A stretch of DNA of 32,000 nt from Pseudoalteromonas translucida KMM 520 (GTDB lineage: Bacteria; Pseudomonadota; Gammaproteobacteria; Enterobacterales; Alteromonadaceae): assembly GCF_001465295.1 (NCBI RefSeq), contig NZ_CP011035.1, positions 210,001 through 242,000 of the forward strand, given 5' to 3'. How positions within the stretch are numbered: position 1 is the first letter of the stretch; each line of letters starts with the position of its first letter. The notes under the pieces were generated by a model. That model saw only the letters and a list, made by a program, of their open reading frames with translations, had not been told where the DNA came from and searched no databases. A program made the translations under genes and the position numbers. This document shows, piece by piece, positions 1-8,074 of this stretch.

Positions 1-51
1 CCTATGGCTGGTCTATCAATGCGCAGTGGAGAGGTGGTAACTCAAAAGTAA
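1..51 (+). CDS. 3' end of an ORF entering from upstream of the window (tail PMAGLSMRSGEVVTQK*); product unknown
   Basis: Frame 1 is open from base 1 to TAA at 49-51. The stop overlaps the next start (TAATG, 49-53), a translational-coupling arrangement. Too short to identify. Confidence 0.35.
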   Translation, partial: PMAGLSMRSGEVVTQK

Positions 52-785
52 TGAGCAGCGAAGTGGCAGAGCATTATTTGTTGTTGGAGCAATTACTACC
101 GCAATCTGTACCCAGTGATGTTAAACAGTCGGTACATATTAAAGCAGAGCAGGCGCTTAAACGTTATAATGGCCATATGCCTGAGTGGCTTTCAACCCTG
201 CCAAAACCGTCGTTAAAAGTGAATGTTGATACTCAGTTAGTTGAGCAAATTGAGCATGCGATTATGCATAAGCGTGCAGTGAGCGCTGAGCTTTATAGAG
301 TACTTTATGATGAGGCTCATTGGCTAAAATTTGCGGAGTTAAGTTTTTACAACTTAGTTGAGCAAGGCGGTGTGTTAATGGCTCAGTTTATGGTGGGAGA
401 GCTTCATGACAAGTGTTATCAAATGCCGGTTTACCGCATTCGCAATGTACACATTTTGCAAAAAACACGACGAGAGCCAAGCACTGAGCAATTAAAGTCG
501 TTACGTAGTGCGATTAACAAAGGCATGTCGCAAGAAGCGATCGAGTTAGTTGTAAAAGTACCTATTCATTCGGCGGTTAATCAAGGCTTTATTGAACTTG
601 GTGAGCTGATTAATAAACAACAGATTGATGATAAAAACGTATTACTTACCTATCAAACTATTGATACTGAACAACTAGTCGATGAGCTATTTAAATGTGC
701 CCATTGGCTTGAGGTTATAAAACCTGAAAAGTTGCGGCAAAGAATCACTACAAAGCTTAAAGCGGCCGCTAACATTTATAAATAA
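51..785 (+). CDS. Hypothetical 244-aa soluble protein, no family recognised
   Basis: Long ORF whose start is coupled to the upstream ORF. No signal peptide or TM segment seen. Two similar 'AHWL' segments (EAHWLKFAEL and CAHWLEVIKPE). Lies directly upstream of the FtsZ-like gene. Confidence 0.6.
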   Translation: MSSEVAEHYLLLEQLLPQSVPSDVKQSVHIKAEQALKRYNGHMPEWLSTLPKPSLKVNVDTQLVEQIEHAIMHKRAVSAELYRVLYDEAHWLKFAELSFYNLVEQGGVLMAQFMVGELHDKCYQMPVYRIRNVHILQKTRREPSTEQLKSLRSAINKGMSQEAIELVVKVPIHSAVNQGFIELGELINKQQIDDKNVLLTYQTIDTEQLVDELFKCAHWLEVIKPEKLRQRITTKLKAAANIYK

Positions 786-800
786 CTTTAACTAGTTTAG

Positions 801-821
801 GTGCGTCAAAAATTGACGCAC
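801..821 (+). terminator. Stem-loop between the 244-aa ORF and the FtsZ-like gene (possible attenuator or weak intrinsic terminator)
   Basis: Perfect inverted repeat GTGCGTCAA / TTGACGCAC (801-809 and 813-821) with a 3-nt loop, followed by CTGTTTGCT, which is only moderately U-rich. Confidence 0.4.
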
Positions 822-858
822 CTGTTTGCTATGCTCCTTTTAAAGTTAAGGAGTAGTT

Positions 859-1947
859 ATGTTTCAATTAATTCAGCAAAATGATGGTTTATCGATTGGT
901 GTATTTGGTATTGGTGGGTGTGGCTGTAATACTTTTAACAGTATTTTTGAACAACGCGAGTCTGAGCAGGCGCACTTGTTCAGCGTTAATACCGACAAAG
1001 TGGTACTTGAGCATACGCAAAGTGATGAAGCAGTACTTATAGGTGCAGAGCTAACTCATGGATATGGTGCGGGTGCCGACCCTAAAGTTGGGCTGCAAGC
1101 GGCAGAAGAGAGTAAAGATCAGCTTTTAACGCTTATTAATGGCTGCGATATAATACTGTGTGCAACAGGGTTGGGTGGTGGAACTGGGACTGGCGCTAGC
1201 CCGTATATTGCGCAACTTGCTATTGAGCAAGCCAAACCCATTATATTTGTTGCTACATTGCCATTTAGTAGTGAAGGGCAGTTTAGAAGCAATATAGCGC
1301 AAGCAGGTTTAAATGAGCTTAAAGAGCATGCTAATGCTGTTATTACTCTCCCAAATGATCAACTGATAGAAGTCCTTGGTAACGATATCGGCTTATTTGA
1401 TGCCTTCAAACATAGTAACCAAATACTCCATTCACTGATAAAGTCACTCATCGATATGCTTTGCTATCAAGGCTTAATAAACGTTGATTTAAATGACTTT
1501 GCTAAAATTATGGACTGCCAAGGTGATGCTGTACTTGGGGTAGGCAAATGTAATGAAGAAAGCGAGTTAACTGCTGCGCTTGATAGTGCACTTAATAATC
1601 CGCTGGTTAATCAAGTTGATATGTCATCAAGTACCGGCGTGATAATACAAGTGAACTGTAAAGATGAAATTTCACTAGGTAGTTATAACCTTATTACAGA
1701 TACAGTGCGCCAGCAGGTAAGCCCTAATGCGTTAGTTATTTGTGGTGTTTCAAAAATTGAAAACTTAGTAACCAATTATGAGCTACTGGTTATTGCTACG
1801 GGCGCGAGTTCAAAAATGATACTTGATGACACTAAAATTGAGTCAAGCTCTAAAGTAGTCGCCACTAAACCAAAAGCATCTGATATTTTTGATATTCCTG
1901 CTTTTATAAGAAATCAATCTGCACCACCTAGTAAAAGCTCTTTATAG
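859..1947 (+). CDS. FtsZ-family (tubulin-like) GTPase, divergent paralogue carrying the FtsZ conserved C-terminal peptide
   Basis: AGGAG sits 8 nt upstream of the ATG. Tubulin signature GGGTGTG (T4 loop) and T7-loop NVDLNDF (NxDxxD) are present. The C-terminal DIFDIPAFIRNQ matches the FtsZ CTP (DIPAFLR). The T1 loop reads GIGGCGCN instead of GVGGGGGN. No ftsA upstream and no lpxC downstream. Confidence 0.9.
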   Translation: MFQLIQQNDGLSIGVFGIGGCGCNTFNSIFEQRESEQAHLFSVNTDKVVLEHTQSDEAVLIGAELTHGYGAGADPKVGLQAAEESKDQLLTLINGCDIILCATGLGGGTGTGASPYIAQLAIEQAKPIIFVATLPFSSEGQFRSNIAQAGLNELKEHANAVITLPNDQLIEVLGNDIGLFDAFKHSNQILHSLIKSLIDMLCYQGLINVDLNDFAKIMDCQGDAVLGVGKCNEESELTAALDSALNNPLVNQVDMSSSTGVIIQVNCKDEISLGSYNLITDTVRQQVSPNALVICGVSKIENLVTNYELLVIATGASSKMILDDTKIESSSKVVATKPKASDIFDIPAFIRNQSAPPSKSSL

Positions 1948-1989
1948 GTTTTGTAAGCAAAGAAAAAGTTGTATTGCAATATGTAAGCG

Positions 1990-3552
1990 CTACTCTAATA
2001 TTTGCAAAAGGCGGCTCTTTTTAAGCTTTTGGGTTTGCTGAACTATATTACTCCAGATAGTTGAATAAGCACTTGTTGTACTTTTTAACTTGGCAGCAAC
2101 CTTATTAAAACAATCTAATTTTAAAAATGATTTTTTAGCCGTTTTGTTTTTTAACTTAGCCTGTATTTTTACTTCTTTGAGTACTTCCTTCTCAAATAGG
2201 GAAAAGTTTTTATAAAGTGCCTTAATATCAGTGTTATATATTTTATTCGAGTGGTCATAATGTTTACTCATCGGATCGTGATTTGAAACAGAGTGATGAA
2301 GCATTTTTTTAGACTCAATTTCAGCAATTGTTGATGACCCAATTTTTTTAGTTAGCACTTCTTTCATATGTGACTTTAAGAAGCTGCGAAGTAGTGTTGG
2401 AAATGCTCCGGCTGAGCCTTTTATATTTATGTTATCTCGCGGGGCCGCTACCATGTCTTTTGGCGCATGATACTTAAGTGCTCGGTTTAAACTCTCTTTA
2501 CTGATGGGCTTTGAATCGTCTTTAACCTTGCAAAATAAGTAGGTGCGGTTTTTGTCTGGGTTTAATTTTAATTCTTGTTGTATCGCTTTTTTCATCTCGG
2601 GTGTGAGTTGTATTCTAAACTCTTTTTGGTTTTTCATTGCTCCGCGAGCGGTATGAGTTGTTTCAGGAAACGTTAAAAATTTAGGATTAGTTAAATCATC
2701 TATATACGATAGACGAAGGTTGCAAATATTTATGGGTCTTAGCCCAGTAAACATCATCAGTAGTACCGCATTTATTAATGTATTATTTTTAGCTGTTTTT
2801 AGGTTTATGTATAGCTGAGAAATTAGAGATATATCAGTATATGCCTTGCATGGAACAGGCTTCGCCGTTCGAGAATATATATAATTTTTATCTACTTCTA
2901 GGAATGGATTATCGCCATTATTATATTTATTTTTTGCGAACACCCACAGCTTTTTCATTTGCTCGCATAGCTTAGCCACATGCGGGCCACTTTTCTCTGT
3001 TAGTAATTGATCAAGCGTTGCTTCTATTATTTCAGGCGTAATAGTCTGAAATAACGTATTTTTACCAAATGCATTTTGAATTGCATTAAGGTAAGAGGTA
3101 TATGTTGTTACTGTGGTTTCAGCTAACTTGCTAGGGCTATATTTATTAATCGCCTGTAAGTTTTCTATTTGTTTACTCACTACAAATTCGAATGTGTAAT
3201 TAGAGGTGTTCTTTTTGTATATTTCGGCCGCTTTTAATTTTGCTGCTGAAAAACTCATATTATTAGAATCACCAATCTTTGTGTTTTTTATGCCATGTAC
3301 TTTTTTAAAATGAGTAAAAAATTTAATAATACCATCATGCTGGAATACAATTCTTATTTGATCTTTAAGCTGATATTTTGAAAGTCTTCTTCCTTTTTCC
3401 TGCGATAATATAATAGTCGCAAGACTGGCTAGCTCTTCCATTGACTCGTCATTGTATGGAGGCTTATTCGCATTAAATTCAGCCATGCAAAGGTCACGAC
3501 TGTTAATCGTGACCTCACATGGTTTTATTGAATTTAATACTGATGTTGCCAT
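1990..3552 (-). CDS. Tyrosine recombinase / phage-type (P4-like) integrase, 520 aa, with a Lys-rich C-terminal extension
   Basis: N-terminal arm-type segment (RLSKYQLKDQIRIVF...NTKIGD). Box I FTGLRPINI. Beta-hairpin Lys in GAMKNQKEF. Box II region GSAGAFPTLLRSF...LHHS...HYDHS. Paralogous to the neighbouring ORF. Confidence 0.8.
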   Translation of the reverse strand: MATSVLNSIKPCEVTINSRDLCMAEFNANKPPYNDESMEELASLATIILSQEKGRRLSKYQLKDQIRIVFQHDGIIKFFTHFKKVHGIKNTKIGDSNNMSFSAAKLKAAEIYKKNTSNYTFEFVVSKQIENLQAINKYSPSKLAETTVTTYTSYLNAIQNAFGKNTLFQTITPEIIEATLDQLLTEKSGPHVAKLCEQMKKLWVFAKNKYNNGDNPFLEVDKNYIYSRTAKPVPCKAYTDISLISQLYINLKTAKNNTLINAVLLMMFTGLRPINICNLRLSYIDDLTNPKFLTFPETTHTARGAMKNQKEFRIQLTPEMKKAIQQELKLNPDKNRTYLFCKVKDDSKPISKESLNRALKYHAPKDMVAAPRDNINIKGSAGAFPTLLRSFLKSHMKEVLTKKIGSSTIAEIESKKMLHHSVSNHDPMSKHYDHSNKIYNTDIKALYKNFSLFEKEVLKEVKIQAKLKNKTAKKSFLKLDCFNKVAAKLKSTTSAYSTIWSNIVQQTQKLKKSRLLQILE

Positions 3553-3675
3553 TAATATATAAGCCTTAAAAAAGTTAAAATCATCAAATAACTGATGAGG
3601 TATCGCTCTAATAAGGCAATGATATGAAATTATTTTTTTTTACAAAAACTTTGGTAAGTCGAAATTAAACTTTTT

Positions 3676-5457
3676 TTAATTATTTTTTGCTTTAGCTTCT
3701 TGGTCACTTAAATACCTCTCAACGACAGCTCTTCCTTCTTCGGTTAAGATTAAATCTTTTGCTACTCTACCTGTATCTCCTAATGGCTGGTTAATGAAGT
3801 GTACATAACTGCCTTTATGAACCAAATGAGCTTTAATCCTATCTCTCAGTGCTTTTTTTTCGTTATTTTCTTTTAGGTTTTTAGCTTGTTTACTTTGCAT
3901 ACCTGTGAGTCTGAGTTGTTGGCTTTCGAGTTCTTTGGCTCTTTTTAAAATACTGGCTTCATGAATTTTAAAAACATTAAATTTTAATTTTGTAGAGGTT
4001 CCAAATAACTCTTCAGACCTATCATAGTTAAGCCCATTCGGATCATCGTCTTTTCTTAGGTGATGAAGCGCTAGTCGGGTTAATTCTTCTGCATGCCTAA
4101 AATGGTAGCCATTATCAACCATAATCGCTTTTGTGTTGGATTTAAAAAAGCTTCGACACATTGTGCAAAAGGCTCCAGCAGATCCTTTCATTACAATGTT
4201 TCTTTGATCACCTTTTACTGCATCAACAGGAGAATAATCTTTTATAACCTTATCTAACGATCTTTTTGCAAATGGCTTCCTAAGATCCCGTGGCTGAAGA
4301 AATATATGAGTAGGATTACAGTTAGGAAGCGCATTTTCCATCCATGCTCTTTGTTCCAAAATAATCGCACGCATCGCTTTGGTTAATGGCAACTTGTATT
4401 CTTTTTGGTTTTTCATTTCGCCACGCACACCAACAACGGATGCTGGAAAAGTAATTAACGTAGGGAAATCGATACTATTGAGCCACCCCCATTTCATCTG
4501 CGGAATGTTGATCGGGCGTATACCTGTTAAAATCATAAATCGAGCAGCGTTCTTTTGATGTATATTAGGTGCTGATGCTAGGTTAATCCATAGTTCCACT
4601 ATCGAATCTAGATCGGTATACGCTTGGCAAGGTCTAGGGCTCTCTACACGGTCAGATACGTAAAAGTCGTCTATATCAGCTGCTGGGTTATTACCTGAGT
4701 TAAATTTGTTTTTGGCAAATCGCCATACTCTTCTAATTTGTGCAAAGAGTTCGATGGCTTGGTTATTGGATTCCGCCTGAATAATGCTATCAATAATTTT
4801 TTCTAACTCCCCAGCTGTAAGAGATTGAAACGCTCTCTTAAGCGGAAAATGATGCCTAAGCTTTTTTATTCTGCATTGATATGTTCTTAGCGATGAAGCT
4901 GCAAATTTAGTGGGTGCGGTGTTATGACGCTCTATTAAGCTTTGCTCATAAGCATCAAACACAGTTTTAATATTATGATTATTTAAAACGCCATATTTCA
5001 TTTGTTCAGTGAGCTTACGCGCTTTTGCTATTGTTAATTCAGGTGCTTCACCTAACTTGGTATTAGCTATGCCAGATGATTTAGGGAAAGCTGAGTAAAA
5101 AGATACTGTTCCAGATAGGGTAAATATAAGACGAAGATTGTGTTGTGCCTCATATTTCGATAATCGCTTCGTATCTTGCTTCTTAACCTCTTGTTTTGAT
5201 TTTTCTTTTTCCTCAAAAAAGATGATTTGAGAGGCCAAAATAACACAGCGATTTATGTGCTGCATAGAAAATGGCGATTTAAGTTGCTTCCATTCTAGTT
5301 TCGCTTTCGTGTATTGAGCTTTGGTAAGCGTTGATAGTGATTTTTTCACTTTGATTAAACCTATATAAATAAAGGCCTCACGGCGATTTTTATTGATTAA
5401 GATCAACAAAGCAACAGAGAAAGATAGGCATAATTCGCGGCTGTAATTTACACCCAA
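3676..5457 (-). CDS. Tyrosine recombinase / phage-type (P4-like) integrase, up to 593 aa; start uncertain
   Basis: Shares the architecture of 1990-3552: RLSKYEAQHNLRLIF...NTKLGE, LTGIRPINI, GEMKNQKEY, GSAGAFCTMCRSF...LHHLR...NYDRSE. The track start at 5457 is a TTG. A GTG at 5349 or an ATG at 5265 would give a protein closer to its paralogue's N-terminus. Confidence 0.8.
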   Translation of the reverse strand: MGVNYSRELCLSFSVALLILINKNRREAFIYIGLIKVKKSLSTLTKAQYTKAKLEWKQLKSPFSMQHINRCVILASQIIFFEEKEKSKQEVKKQDTKRLSKYEAQHNLRLIFTLSGTVSFYSAFPKSSGIANTKLGEAPELTIAKARKLTEQMKYGVLNNHNIKTVFDAYEQSLIERHNTAPTKFAASSLRTYQCRIKKLRHHFPLKRAFQSLTAGELEKIIDSIIQAESNNQAIELFAQIRRVWRFAKNKFNSGNNPAADIDDFYVSDRVESPRPCQAYTDLDSIVELWINLASAPNIHQKNAARFMILTGIRPINIPQMKWGWLNSIDFPTLITFPASVVGVRGEMKNQKEYKLPLTKAMRAIILEQRAWMENALPNCNPTHIFLQPRDLRKPFAKRSLDKVIKDYSPVDAVKGDQRNIVMKGSAGAFCTMCRSFFKSNTKAIMVDNGYHFRHAEELTRLALHHLRKDDDPNGLNYDRSEELFGTSTKLKFNVFKIHEASILKRAKELESQQLRLTGMQSKQAKNLKENNEKKALRDRIKAHLVHKGSYVHFINQPLGDTGRVAKDLILTEEGRAVVERYLSDQEAKAKNN

Positions 5458-5464
5458 AAATAAA

Positions 5465-5489
5465 AATTTGTGTTACTAATTTGTGTTAC
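5465..5489. repeat. Perfect 12-bp direct repeat AATTTGTGTTAC x2 (13-bp period)
   Basis: Copies at 5465-5476 and 5478-5489, just upstream of the 593-aa integrase ORF and at the edge of the AT-rich block. Confidence 0.85.
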
Positions 5490-5555
5490 GATTTAATGAA
5501 AAATAGCGGTTTTTTATTAAACTAGAACTGCACAAAAGTTAGCCTTTACACATCT

Positions 5556-5585
5556 TTGTTTTTACTTATCTTTTTGTTTTATAAT
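5556..5585 (+). promoter_or_regulatory. Candidate sigma70 promoter for yfhL
   Basis: Perfect -10 TATAAT at 5580-5585. TTGTTT at 5556-5561 with an 18-bp spacer. Lies 25 nt upstream of the yfhL ATG. Sequence match only. Confidence 0.35.
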
Positions 5586-5606
5586 GATATTAATTGAAAA
5601 GGCTAA

Positions 5607-5864
<258 letters not shown>

Positions 5865-5867
5865 CTG

Positions 5868-5907
5868 CTAAGCGCACTGTTTTAAATCTGATAAACAGTA
5901 CGCTTAG
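5868..5907. terminator. Long stem-loop downstream of yfhL; likely a terminator shared with the former convergent nagB
   Basis: CTAAGCGCACTGTTT (5868-5882) pairs with AAACAGTACGCTTAG (5893-5907) with one mismatch, followed by TAATAATCGTTTTT. Confidence 0.6.
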
Positions 5908-5919
5908 TAATAATCGTTT

Positions 5920-6065
5920 TTATAAGTCAGGGAAGTGACCAAAGGCTTGGTTTATTTCATGGTTTTGCTGACTGACCCAAGTAAAGTAATCTTTATTAGC
6001 TAATAAACTGGCAGCGTCGTTGTCGATCATCACTATCGCGTTTTTATGCATTTGTAAAATTGACG
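5920..6065 (-). pseudogene. Orphan 3' fragment of a glucosamine-6-phosphate deaminase gene (nagB'), last ~48 codons plus stop
   Basis: Aligns gap-free with 10911-11056, the 3' end of intact nagB, at an offset of 4991 bp. My manual count gives 11 mismatches. The minus strand reads ...NQAFGHFPDL*. Homology stops abruptly at 6065/6066. Confidence 0.85.
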
Positions 6066-6424
6066 TCAGTAAGCTCGCTGTTTTAGTGGTTGATGACAAT
6101 AAAATAAACCGCCTGGTGTTAAATGCATCATTGGAAAAGTTGAATATTAACGCAGACTTTGCCTATGATGGCCAAGATGCAAATGTAGGCAACAACATTA
6201 TGATCTGATTTTTATGGATTGTATTATGCCGCGGCTCAATGGGCTTGAAGCCACGCACATTTTGCGTAAGGAAAATATTTGTTCGATGGCAGGCACTTTT
6301 ATCGTTGCTTTAACGGCAAATACCTCAGCAGCAGATAAGTACGCGTGTAAAGAAGCCGGTATGAATTTGTTTCGCAATTAAAGAAGCCGTGCTAATTGCG
6401 CTAGACAGCTGCCATTATAACTAG
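6066..6424 (+). pseudogene. Decayed response-regulator receiver (REC) domain, probably the C-terminus of a lost hybrid histidine kinase
   Basis: Translates as LAVLVVDDNKINRLVLNASLEKLNINADFAYDGQDA, then QQHYDLIFMDCIMPRLNGLEATHILRKE...ALTANTSAADKYACKEAGMN, then IKEAVLIALDSC, spread over three different frames with frame breaks near 6185 and 6376. No start codon. The N-terminus abuts the nagB' fragment. Confidence 0.75.
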
Positions 6425-6478
6425 TCGCGTACCAGTAGAGAGAACTGCTAAGCTGCAGAACACATCCGCTGCAAGAAT

Positions 6479-6516
6479 ATGACGGTATAAGTAGGTCTTG
6501 ATACAAATACCGTCAT
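6479..6516 (-). terminator. Stem-loop downstream of the amidohydrolase gene (possible terminator)
   Basis: Perfect 10-bp inverted repeat ATGACGGTAT / ATACCGTCAT (6479-6488 and 6507-6516) with an 18-nt loop. The following U-tract on the minus strand (ATTCTT) is weak. Confidence 0.35.
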
Positions 6517-6569
6517 TTAACTGAAGAAGCACGTCCTAGAGCAATGTACATCTTAGCCAGGGTTTTCCC

Positions 6570-7982
6570 TTATAATATTGATTTACCTTGCTTTATTAGC
6601 GACTGTTTGATTTGCTCGCTAAACGCATGGGCGCGCTTAATAATATCTTCTTCATTAACTGTTAACGCTTTGCGATCTTCCATTAATAATTTGCCATCAA
6701 TAATACTGTGGCGAATATCGGTTGCATAAGCAGAATAAACGATTGCTGAGTAGGGGTTATAAATAGGAGTCATATTTGGTGATTTAGTACCAATAACAAT
6801 AATATCAGCTAGCTTATTCACTGTTAATGAACCTATTTTGTGATCAAGATTAAGGACTTTTGCGCTACCCATCGTTGCCATTTTAATAATTTCAACTGCA
6901 GGCATTAAGCTGCGGTCTTGATGCCATAATTTATGTACTTTTGCGACTTGGCTAAACTCATCAAGTAAACTAATGGTGTTGCCAGACATAGGTCCGTCGG
7001 TTCCTAAGCCAACGTTAACACCTTGGTTTAACATTTCTACCACGGGGGCGACCCCTTTCGCAGCTTTAATGTTAGCGCTGATATTATGGGCGACACCGAC
7101 TTGATGCTGTTTCAATAGCGCAATATCTTGCGAGTCCGCTAAAATAACGTGGGCACCGACTAAGTTTTTATTCAATACACCAATGCTAGCTAAATAAGCG
7201 ATGGGTGATAGCCCCTGAGTACGCTTAGTAATAACCTCCAGTTCTCGCTGTGATTCTGCTAAGTGGGTCAATACCGGAACATTATAGGCTAATGATAACC
7301 TGGCTATTTTTTGTAAGGTTTCGGTGCTGTTGGTATAAGGTGCATGGGGGGCGAAAGCCGGTGTAATTCGAGGATGATTTTTGTACTGCTGAATGAATTT
7401 TTCGGCGTAAGCAATACCGTCTTCGGCTGTTTTAGCATCAGCTTGCGGGTACTGAATCACGGTTTGCCCTAATACCGCGCGCATACCAATTTCATCGACA
7501 GCTTTGGCCACTTCATCTTCAAAATAATACATATCGGCGTAGGTCGTTACGCCACCTTTTAACATTTCTAGGTTGCCTAATTCAGCGCCTAAATACACCA
7601 TTTCACGGGAAACAAACTCTTTCTCTAGCGGAAATAAATAGCCGTGAAGGCGGTCATCAACATCATCACCTAAAGAGCGAAACAGTGTCATTGAGGCATG
7701 CGTATGGGTGTTAATAAAGCCAGGCAGTACTAAATCACCGTCAACATCAAGCACTTTATCGGCGGTAAACTGCTTGGCTTGTGATTGTGGACCCACGGCG
7801 ATGATTTTATTATCTTTGATGGCAACAAAACCGTCAGCGTACTCAGATAGCTCGGCGTTCATGGTTAAAATACGGCCATGGGTGATCAATATATCGACGG
7901 CTTGTTGCGCGTTTGCTTGATGCGAAAGCGAAAGCATAAAAAGTGTGCTGGTAATAAACTTAGTCAAGACATTGAATTTCAT
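6570..7982 (-). CDS. Exported metal-dependent amidohydrolase (COG0402-like, TrzA/MtaD/guanine-deaminase superfamily); substrate unknown
   Basis: 470 aa. Sec signal peptide MKFNVLTKFITSTLFMLSLSHQANA|QQ. Metal-ligand motifs FINTHTHAS (HxH), HLAES and GLGTDG. Confidence 0.85.
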   Translation of the reverse strand: MKFNVLTKFITSTLFMLSLSHQANAQQAVDILITHGRILTMNAELSEYADGFVAIKDNKIIAVGPQSQAKQFTADKVLDVDGDLVLPGFINTHTHASMTLFRSLGDDVDDRLHGYLFPLEKEFVSREMVYLGAELGNLEMLKGGVTTYADMYYFEDEVAKAVDEIGMRAVLGQTVIQYPQADAKTAEDGIAYAEKFIQQYKNHPRITPAFAPHAPYTNSTETLQKIARLSLAYNVPVLTHLAESQRELEVITKRTQGLSPIAYLASIGVLNKNLVGAHVILADSQDIALLKQHQVGVAHNISANIKAAKGVAPVVEMLNQGVNVGLGTDGPMSGNTISLLDEFSQVAKVHKLWHQDRSLMPAVEIIKMATMGSAKVLNLDHKIGSLTVNKLADIIVIGTKSPNMTPIYNPYSAIVYSAYATDIRHSIIDGKLLMEDRKALTVNEEDIIKRAHAFSEQIKQSLIKQGKSIL

Positions 7983-8074
7983 TATTCAACTCCTAATTTA
8001 ACAACGGATAATACGGAGGCTAGTCAATGTTTTGATTGAGCTAGCACCCGTATGTATGGGGGTAACAAATTTAC

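Noticed and set aside
859-1947. Interpreting the FtsZ gene as the housekeeping ftsZ
   Set aside because: The neighbours are wrong, with no ftsQ/ftsA upstream and no lpxC downstream. The T1 loop is atypical (GGCGCN), and divergence from E. coli FtsZ looks larger than expected for a gammaproteobacterial ortholog. This cannot be excluded without the rest of the genome.
6020-6208. 62-aa ORF (MSIITIAFLCICKIDVSKLAVLVVDDNK...)
   Set aside because: It is chimeric. The first 15 codons are the antisense of the nagB' fragment, the same MSIITIAFLCICKID peptide that opens the antisense ORF at 11011-11448. The remainder is the N-terminus of the decayed receiver domain. It is an artefact of the junction at 6065/6066, not a gene.
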